Source of the DNA: Halomonas sp.
GTDB lineage: Bacteria; Pseudomonadota; Gammaproteobacteria; Pseudomonadales; Halomonadaceae
Length of the DNA stretch: 47,359 bases
Assembly (NCBI GenBank): GCA_007129225.1
Contig: SKVX01000169.1
Span: 1-47,359 of the forward strand
Direction of reading: 5' to 3'
Shown: one piece after another, positions 41,029 to 47,359 of the stretch
Numbering within the stretch: the stretch's first letter is position 1
How the letters are laid out: each line of letters opens with the position of its first letter
The notes under the pieces: generated by a model
The model's input: only the letters and a program-made list of their open reading frames with translations
The model's database searches: none
Told to the model about the DNA's origin: nothing
Program-made: the position numbers and the translations under genes

Positions 41029-41448
41029 ATGCACGATACGACGACGGTTTCGGCGCCACCGTTCGCCAAGTCGACACTGCGACTCGCACTGGGGTTGCTG
41101 GTCATGCTGGTGCTGGCCGGTTGCGCGGGCACCCCGCAGTTCGCCGAGCTGCAGGCTCGCGTGGTATCGCCCGAGCCGTTGACGCTGGGAGACGATGCCG
41201 AACTGAGCGTACGCCTCAGCGATGCCGACGGCACCCTGGCCGAAACCACGCTCACCCACCTGGACACGCCTCCCTGGGCGGTGGCCCTGCGTCATGACAG
41301 CCAGGCTCTCCAGGATTCCCGCTCGCCTCAGCTAAGTGCCGAGCTGCGCCAGGGTGGCGCGCTGACTCACGCCACCAGCGAGCCGGTACTGCTGGAGGAC
41401 CGCACCCCGGACGAGCCCGTTACCCTGCCGCTTGACCCGCGCCAGTAA
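41029..41448 (+). CDS. lipoprotein, YbaY/YscW-like
   Basis: Lipobox LAGC; beta-rich domain with L..DAELSVRLSD and LSAELRQGGAL. Confidence 0.6.
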   Translation: MHDTTTVSAPPFAKSTLRLALGLLVMLVLAGCAGTPQFAELQARVVSPEPLTLGDDAELSVRLSDADGTLAETTLTHLDTPPWAVALRHDSQALQDSRSPQLSAELRQGGALTHATSEPVLLEDRTPDEPVTLPLDPRQ

Positions 41449-42283
41449 GAGTCGCCACCACGGTATCCAGCGTCTTGCCCACCGGGGCCTCGACCTTCAG
41501 TGCATAGAGCGCATCGGCCCGGGTGTGCCCCAGGTTGAGGCAGGCGATGGGCTTGTTGGCGCCGGCGGCCTGTCGCACGAAGCGGTAACCCGAATAGACC
41601 ATCAGCGACGAACCGACGACCAGCAGTGCGCTGGCCTCGTCGATCATTGCCCTGGCCCGCGCCACGCGGTCGCCGGGCACCCTGTCTCCGAAGAAGACCA
41701 CATCGGGCTTCCATACCCCCTGGCCACAGCGGCGGCAACCGGGCACCTGGAAGTCGGAAAAATCCCCCTCCAGGTCCGCATCCCCATCGGGCCGGGCCGC
41801 CGACTTCCTGTCCAGCCAGTGCGGGTTGCACTCGGCCAGCTCGGCGTGCAGGTCATGGCGCATGCGTAGCGCTCCGCACGCCATGCAGCGCACCTGCTCG
41901 GCTCGACCATGCAGGTCGATGACCCGGCGCGATCCCGCCTTCTGGTGCAGCCCATCCACATTCTGGGTAATCACTCCCGCTACCAGCCCCTCGACTTCCA
42001 GTTGAGCCAGGGCCGTATGGGCAATGCCCGGACGAGCCCGGTGCAGAGTGCGAAAACCGACCAGAGCGCGCGCCCAGTAGCGCTGTCGCGCCGCATGGCT
42101 GCTCATGAACTGCTGGTGCTGCATGGGTGGTGCGCACTTCCAGGCACCGCTGGCATCGCGATAGTCGGGAATGCCGCTTTCGGTACTCACCCCGGCTCCG
42201 GTCAGCACCGCCAGCTTCGGATGGCGGGACAGGAAGTCCGCCAGGCGTCCAGAAGCCTCCACCGCCATTGGCACGTCGCTCAT
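41420..42283 (-). CDS. NAD-dependent protein deacylase, class II (SIRT4-like) sirtuin
   Basis: TGAGVSTESGIPDYR, TQNVDGLH, catalytic HG, two CxxC, RPDGD, KPDVVFFG, GSSL; start reassigned to ATG 42283. Confidence 0.9.
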   Translation of the reverse strand: MSDVPMAVEASGRLADFLSRHPKLAVLTGAGVSTESGIPDYRDASGAWKCAPPMQHQQFMSSHAARQRYWARALVGFRTLHRARPGIAHTALAQLEVEGLVAGVITQNVDGLHQKAGSRRVIDLHGRAEQVRCMACGALRMRHDLHAELAECNPHWLDRKSAARPDGDADLEGDFSDFQVPGCRRCGQGVWKPDVVFFGDRVPGDRVARARAMIDEASALLVVGSSLMVYSGYRFVRQAAGANKPIACLNLGHTRADALYALKVEAPVGKTLDTVVATLTGAGQAAG

Positions 42284-42395
42284 CGTCTCTCCGGAGTCTT
42301 TCCACCCGCCTGATGCAATCAACATGGCTCTTGTGGTGGAAGGTTGTCTAGAATGTCATGCTTACGTGACTATAACAGGCAAGGACGGACCCCCG

Positions 42396-43310
42396 ATGGC
42401 CTGGCTGGAATACCTGCTTCCCCTGATCTTCCTGTTTCCCCTCGGGGCAATGGCGGTGATCGTGATCGCCCTGCGCAACCTGCACGACGCCCGGGTGCGC
42501 TCGCCGTTCAACGCCCGCCCCCTGCGGGAACCCGGCCAGGCCCTGCGCGACAGGCTCGATCGCGCCTTCGCCGCCCTGTTCCTGGATGGCGCCCTGGGGC
42601 CGATCGTCTCTCTGGCCCCACTGGTCTACGGCATGGGCCGCATGCTCTTCGCCAGCCGGCAGAACTGGCTGGAATGGGGCCTCTACGGCGCACTCAGCAC
42701 CGTGCTGGTACTGATCTACTGCTTCCTGCTGATCCGCGATTTCCAGCTGATCCGGCGCATCAAGCTGGGCCTGGCCTGTGAACTCGCCGTGGGCCAGGAG
42801 CTGGAGCGTCTGATCCATCCCGAAGCTCACCCCTACTACGTCTTCCACGACGTGCCAACCGACACCGATACCATAGACCACGTCGCCGTCACCCCCCATG
42901 GGGTGTTCGTCGTCGAGACGCGCGCCCGCACGCGCCCTTTCACGGCAGACGGTCGAGAGATCAATGTGGTCACCGTGGAACCCCAGCGCCTTCGCTTCCC
43001 CGGCTGGAGCGAACAGCGCCCCCTGGCGAAGACCCTGGCCACCACCCGCTGGCTGGGCAGGTGGCTGGAAAAACGCTGCGGAGCACCGGTACCCATCATG
43101 GGCGTGCTGACGCTACCCGGCTGGGACATCATCTGTGCCGGTACGCCGGAAGGCCTGATGGTGGTTAGCGGCGAGTCACTGGCCCAGCAGCTGGGCGAGA
43201 AGGAGCTGGGGCCGATCGATGACGACATGCACGACAAGGTGATTGCCGCGCTTATCGAGCGCGCCGCGGAGCTGGAGAAGAACATACCGCTGAATGCCCC
43301 CTCCATTTAA
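42396..43310 (+). CDS. membrane-anchored NERD (nuclease-related domain) protein
   Basis: Three hydrophobic segments, then G..CE..V...L, VFHDV, IDHVAVTPHGVFVVET; ATG 42396. Confidence 0.78.
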   Translation: MAWLEYLLPLIFLFPLGAMAVIVIALRNLHDARVRSPFNARPLREPGQALRDRLDRAFAALFLDGALGPIVSLAPLVYGMGRMLFASRQNWLEWGLYGALSTVLVLIYCFLLIRDFQLIRRIKLGLACELAVGQELERLIHPEAHPYYVFHDVPTDTDTIDHVAVTPHGVFVVETRARTRPFTADGREINVVTVEPQRLRFPGWSEQRPLAKTLATTRWLGRWLEKRCGAPVPIMGVLTLPGWDIICAGTPEGLMVVSGESLAQQLGEKELGPIDDDMHDKVIAALIERAAELEKNIPLNAPSI

Positions 43311-43420
43311 GAGGGTGTCTACAATAGGACTGCACTCGACAATACGATGTGGGAAGTGCGTTGGCCCGTAGGGAACGGGCCTAGCCCTTGCCTTGGTTCG
43401 TCTGCTTTGTAAACACCCTC
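43311..43420. mobile_element. 110-bp MITE-like element
   Basis: 14-bp terminal inverted repeats GAGGGTGTCTACAA / TTGTAAACACCCTC (13/14), flanked by TAA and TGA; internal hairpin GGCCCGT-AGGGA-ACGGGCC; non-coding. Confidence 0.65.
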
Positions 43421-43445
43421 TGAGCGGGCAACGACTCCATCGAAC

Positions 43446-44780
43446 TCAGTCTCCCCGCAGTCGACCGCCCATTTCCTGGGCCAGATCCACGGCATAGTGA
43501 TCGGTCATGCCGCCGATGAAGTCGAGCATGCGCCGATAGCTGTCATACAGCGACCAGGAGGGGCGCGGCGTGTTCTCGCCCACCAGCGCCAGCACCCGCT
43601 GGTGCTTGAAGCTCGACTCGCCGGTGTGGTGCAGCTCATGGGCCGCGCCGATGAAAGCCTCCAGCAGGATGCCAAGCGTCGTGTAGGCGCCGATCTCCAG
43701 CTTGGCCTTGCGTTCGTTCTGGAAGATTCGCTCACGCGCCAGCTGCTTGGCGGCCGCCACCCCCCAGCCCAGGTCGGGATGGCAGAGCTCCAGCAGGTCG
43801 CTGGCCAGGGTGCCGTTCAGCAGCGCCGTTTCATGGTCGACGAAAACCGCCCCCACGTCATTGACCGCCCGCTCCATGGCCGCACCGCGCAGGGCGGCGA
43901 TACGACGCCGCTGGGAGACACCGCTGCGTTCCATGGCGGCATAGTCCGGCGGTGCGTCACCGGCGATCTGCAGCAGCACTTCGGCCACCTCGTCGAAGCG
44001 CAGGATGCCCATTTCCAGGCCGTCCTCCAGGTCGAGCAGGGCATAGCAGATGTCGTCGGCGGCCTCCACCAGCCAGGCCAGCGGGTGACGACACCAGCGC
44101 CCTTCCCCCCGGGGCAGCAGGCCCAGGCGGTCGGCCACTTCGGCAAGCAGCACCTGCTCGCTCTGATAGCAGCCGAACTTCCCGGCACTGCCCCCGTGCT
44201 CCACGGTCCAGGGGTACTTCAGCAAGGTCCCCAGCGTTGCGGTGGTCAGCCGCATGCCGCCGCGAAACTGGTTGTACTCGATCTGGGTGACCACCCGGAA
44301 GCCCTGGGCGTTGCCCTCGTAGGTGAGCAGGTCGGCGCGCTCCCGCTCGGACAGCCCCTTGAGCAGCCCGCTGCCGTCGGCCTCGGCCCGTTTGAACCAG
44401 TCGCGGATGGCATACTCGCCGGCGTGGCCGAAGGGCGGATTGCCGATATCGTGCCCCAGGCATGCCGCCTGGACGATGACACCCATGTCGGCCGGGGTGA
44501 TCCACTCGGGCAGCCGTTCCCGCAGCAGCTCGCCGACGATCATGCCCAGGGAGCGCCCCACACAACCCACCTCCAGGGAGTGGGTCAGCCGGGTGTGGAT
44601 ATGGTCGTTGTCGGTGAGGGGGTGCACCTGGGTCTTGCGCCCCAGGCGACGAAAGGAGCCGGAGAAGACGATCCGGTCGTGATCCTTGTGGAAGGGGCTG
44701 CGACCGATCTCGTCACGGCCGGCGCGACCGCCATAGAGTCGCGACGGGTCGAGCAAGCGCTGCCAGTGCATCTGCGTCAT
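43446..44780 (-). CDS. dgt: deoxyguanosinetriphosphate triphosphohydrolase
   Basis: FRRLGRKTQV, RLTHSLEV, HDIGNPPFGHAGE, EGNAQ, EAADDICY, FIGGMTD. Confidence 0.93.
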   Translation of the reverse strand: MTQMHWQRLLDPSRLYGGRAGRDEIGRSPFHKDHDRIVFSGSFRRLGRKTQVHPLTDNDHIHTRLTHSLEVGCVGRSLGMIVGELLRERLPEWITPADMGVIVQAACLGHDIGNPPFGHAGEYAIRDWFKRAEADGSGLLKGLSERERADLLTYEGNAQGFRVVTQIEYNQFRGGMRLTTATLGTLLKYPWTVEHGGSAGKFGCYQSEQVLLAEVADRLGLLPRGEGRWCRHPLAWLVEAADDICYALLDLEDGLEMGILRFDEVAEVLLQIAGDAPPDYAAMERSGVSQRRRIAALRGAAMERAVNDVGAVFVDHETALLNGTLASDLLELCHPDLGWGVAAAKQLARERIFQNERKAKLEIGAYTTLGILLEAFIGAAHELHHTGESSFKHQRVLALVGENTPRPSWSLYDSYRRMLDFIGGMTDHYAVDLAQEMGGRLRGD

Positions 44781-44852
44781 GGGCTATCTCTCCTTGAAGC
44801 CCCCATTCTGGCACCACAGTGGCGGTAAAGGCCACGCCCCGATACCGCCTTC

Positions 44853-46265
44853 TCACTCCCCGTCGGCCAATGCCGGCAACAGTGTCTTGAGCTTGCGGGT
44901 CAGTGTGTTGCGCCCCCAGCCCAGCAGCTCCGCGGCCTCGCCCTTGCGCCCGCCGGTATGCTTCAGCGCGGTCTCGATCAGGATCTTTTCGAAATCGGGA
45001 ACTGCCTCTTCCAGCAGGTGGGTATGGCCGGCAGCCAGGGCCCGGTCGGCCCAGTCGCGAAACGCGGCGCGCCAATCCCCGCTGCCTCTCTCCGCCGCCT
45101 CCGGCTCGCGCAGCTCCGGCGGCAGGTCCTCGACCAGCACCTCGCGACCGGAGGCCATCACCGTCAGCCAGCGGCAGGTGTTCTCCAACTGGCGCACGTT
45201 GCCGGGCCACGGCAGCCGGGTCAGGTGGGTCTCGGCGTCCTTGGTGAGCACCTTGACGTCGGTCGACAGCTCCTTGGCCGCCTCGGCCAGGAAGTGCCGC
45301 GCCAGCCGCGGGATGTCCTCGCGTCGCTCGGCCAGCTTCGGCAGGTGCACGCGAATTACATTGAGCCGGTGAAACAGATCCTCGCGGAAGCGACCGTCCT
45401 CGACCAGGGTCTCGAGGTTCTGGTGGGTCGCGGCGATGATGCGTACGTCCACCTTCACCGGCGTATGGCCGCCGACCCGATAGAACTCACCATCGGCCAG
45501 CACCCGCAGCAATCGCGTCTGGGTCTCGGCGGGCATGTCGCCAATCTCGTCGAGAAACAGGGTGCCGCCATCGGCCTGCTCAAAGCGCCCCTGCCGCTGG
45601 GCGGTGGCACCGGTAAAGGCGCCCTTCTCGTGCCCGAACAGCTCCGACTCGATCAGGTCGCGCGGTATCGCCGCCATGTTCAGCGCGATGAACGGCTTGC
45701 CCGCCCGCGGGCTATGCTGATGCAGGGCACGGGCCACGCGCTCTTTGCCGGTGCCCGATTCGCCATTGATCAGCACCGTGATATGGGAGTGCGACAGCCG
45801 GCCAATGGCGCGAAACACCTCCTGCATGGCCGGGGCCTCACCGATGATCTCGGCATCCAGCCCCTCGGGTACGCTGACCGGCCGCTTGCGCTCCCGCGCA
45901 TGGGCCACGGCACGACGCACCAGCGCCAGCGCCTCGTCGACGTCGAAGGGCTTGGGCAGGTATTCGAAAGCCCCGCCTTGGTAGGAGGCGACGGCGCTGT
46001 CCAGGTCGGAATGCGCAGTCATCACGATGACCGGCAGGTCGGGATGCACATCCCGTATCCGTGACATCAGGTCCAGGCCGTCGATGCCCGGCATCCGGAT
46101 ATCGGTGACCAGTACATCCGGCGGGTCGTCCAGCAGTCGGCTAAGTGCCAGGTCGGCCCGCTCGATACATTCGACGTCGAGGTCGGGCTGGGCCAGGGCA
46201 CGCTCCAGCACCCAGCGAATGGCACGATCGTCATCGACGACAGCGACACGTGCGACATCAGTCAT
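44853..46265 (-). CDS. ntrC: nitrogen regulation protein NR(I)
   Basis: VVDDDRAIRWVLERAL, AHSDLDSAV, GESGTGKE, GAFTGA, LGWGRNTLTRK. Confidence 0.96.
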   Translation of the reverse strand: MTDVARVAVVDDDRAIRWVLERALAQPDLDVECIERADLALSRLLDDPPDVLVTDIRMPGIDGLDLMSRIRDVHPDLPVIVMTAHSDLDSAVASYQGGAFEYLPKPFDVDEALALVRRAVAHARERKRPVSVPEGLDAEIIGEAPAMQEVFRAIGRLSHSHITVLINGESGTGKERVARALHQHSPRAGKPFIALNMAAIPRDLIESELFGHEKGAFTGATAQRQGRFEQADGGTLFLDEIGDMPAETQTRLLRVLADGEFYRVGGHTPVKVDVRIIAATHQNLETLVEDGRFREDLFHRLNVIRVHLPKLAERREDIPRLARHFLAEAAKELSTDVKVLTKDAETHLTRLPWPGNVRQLENTCRWLTVMASGREVLVEDLPPELREPEAAERGSGDWRAAFRDWADRALAAGHTHLLEEAVPDFEKILIETALKHTGGRKGEAAELLGWGRNTLTRKLKTLLPALADGE

Positions 46266-47304
46266 GGCGCCTCTCCAGGGGAATAAGCAAGCGAAATTCG
46301 GTATGACCAGGGCTCGATTCGCATTCGATCAAGCCCTGATGTTGATGCAGGATGCCCTGCGCAATGGACAGCCCCAGCCCACTTCCTTCGGCTCGGCCCG
46401 ATACCATGGGGTAAAAGAGCGTCTCCTGCAGGGTGTCGGGAACGCCAGGACCGTTATCGATCAGCGCCACTTCGCAGACCAGACGATGACGCTCGGCACC
46501 TAGCGTGAACTGGCGTCGCGCCCGGGTTCTCATCAGCAGGTGCGGCTGGTCGGTGCCGGCCTCGGCCATGGCCTCCATGGCGTTACGTGCCACGTTGAGC
46601 ACGGCCTGGATCATCTGCGCCTCATCACCCGGGAAGTCCGGCAGGCTGGGGTCGTAGTCACGATCCACCTGCACCCCCGGGGTCTCGGCAATCAGCAGCG
46701 TGCGTACACGCTCCAGCACTTTATGGATATTGAGCGGCTCGTGGCGCGCCGGCTTGTTCGGGCCCAGCATGCAGTCCACGAGGTCGCGCAGACGATCCAC
46801 CTCCTCGATGATGATATGGGTGAACTCGGCCAGCGCGGGATCATCGAGGTCGCGCTCCAACAGCTGCGCGGCGCCGCGAATCCCACCCAGCGGGTTCTTC
46901 ACCTCATGGGCCAGTCCACGGGAGAGCACCTTGATCGCCTCCTGGCGGTTGAGCAGCGCTTCCTCCCGAGAGATCCGCAGCAGGCGATCGCGAGGCTCCA
47001 TCTCGACCAGGAGCTCCTCTTCCGACAACGGCGTCACGGTATAGTCGATGGTGATGACCGTCCCGGTGACGAGCGAGAGCCTGACCTCCCGCTGTGTAAA
47101 AGGGTGGCCCTCATCCCGCGACTTGGCCAGTACCGTACTCATGCCGTCGTCCTCGGTGACCAGAGCCGACAGGCGCATCCCCTCCACGCGCCCCAGGCTG
47201 ATCGCCAGCAGCGCTTCGGCGGCGGGATTCATCCAGCGAAGACGCAGGCTGCCATCCAGCAGCAGCACCGCAGTGGTGAGGTGTTCCATCAGGCGTCGAT
47301 GCAT
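46258..47304 (-). CDS. ntrB: nitrogen regulation protein NR(II) histidine kinase
   Basis: PAS domain, LAHEVKNPLGGIRGAAQLL, DYDPSLP, FYPMVSGR, GSGLGL; ATG 47304 with purine-rich SD; overlaps the ntrC start. Confidence 0.94.
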   Translation of the reverse strand: MHRRLMEHLTTAVLLLDGSLRLRWMNPAAEALLAISLGRVEGMRLSALVTEDDGMSTVLAKSRDEGHPFTQREVRLSLVTGTVITIDYTVTPLSEEELLVEMEPRDRLLRISREEALLNRQEAIKVLSRGLAHEVKNPLGGIRGAAQLLERDLDDPALAEFTHIIIEEVDRLRDLVDCMLGPNKPARHEPLNIHKVLERVRTLLIAETPGVQVDRDYDPSLPDFPGDEAQMIQAVLNVARNAMEAMAEAGTDQPHLLMRTRARRQFTLGAERHRLVCEVALIDNGPGVPDTLQETLFYPMVSGRAEGSGLGLSIAQGILHQHQGLIECESSPGHTEFRLLIPLERRHD

Positions 47305-47326
47305 TGGCCTTCCCTTGGTGTGAACG

Positions 47327-47343
47327 TGCACCCGTTTCGCGCA
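47327..47343. promoter_or_regulatory. candidate NtrC binding site upstream of ntrB
   Basis: TGCACC-CGTTT-CGCGCA versus consensus TGCACC-N5-GGTGCA; same relative position as the autorepression site at enteric glnLp. Confidence 0.55.
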
Positions 47344-47359
47344 TCCGTCGAACTCCCGC

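Overview
GC-rich gammaproteobacterial chromosome segment. Gene content and acidic exported proteins suggest Halomonadaceae (inference). It is mostly core or metabolic, with no CRISPR array, transposase, prophage or tRNA/rRNA gene body visible. Left to right: a stack of stable-RNA-type sigma70 promoters firing out of the window (probably an rRNA operon); a lactate utilisation cluster (Fe-S D-lactate dehydrogenase, lutCBA, divergent LldR/PdhR-type regulator) running directly into a DctB/DctD two-component system; a membrane hydrolase, gamma-carbonic-anhydrase-like gene, NSS transporter, prlC, yheV and a Na/Pi cotransporter; a TAXI-TRAP operon with two binding proteins; metF, an AEC transporter, ahcY and metK; tkt, then an inserted block (fbaB, two Hsp20, cidA/lrgB), then epd-pgk-fba; a phasin-like gene, a DASS permease, a very acidic exported protein, a HAD hydrolase, yciH, a ybaY-like lipoprotein, a sirtuin, a membrane NERD protein, a 110-bp MITE-like element, dGTPase and ntrC-ntrB. 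The most interesting signal is regulatory. A DctD-type enhancer and a sigma54 promoter sit upstream of the two-SBP TAXI operon, while the dctBD genes, which have no neighbouring transporter, appear co-transcribed with the lactate regulator about 7 kb away. This suggests a lactate/carboxylate cascade ending on a TAXI transporter. All motif calls were made by eye.
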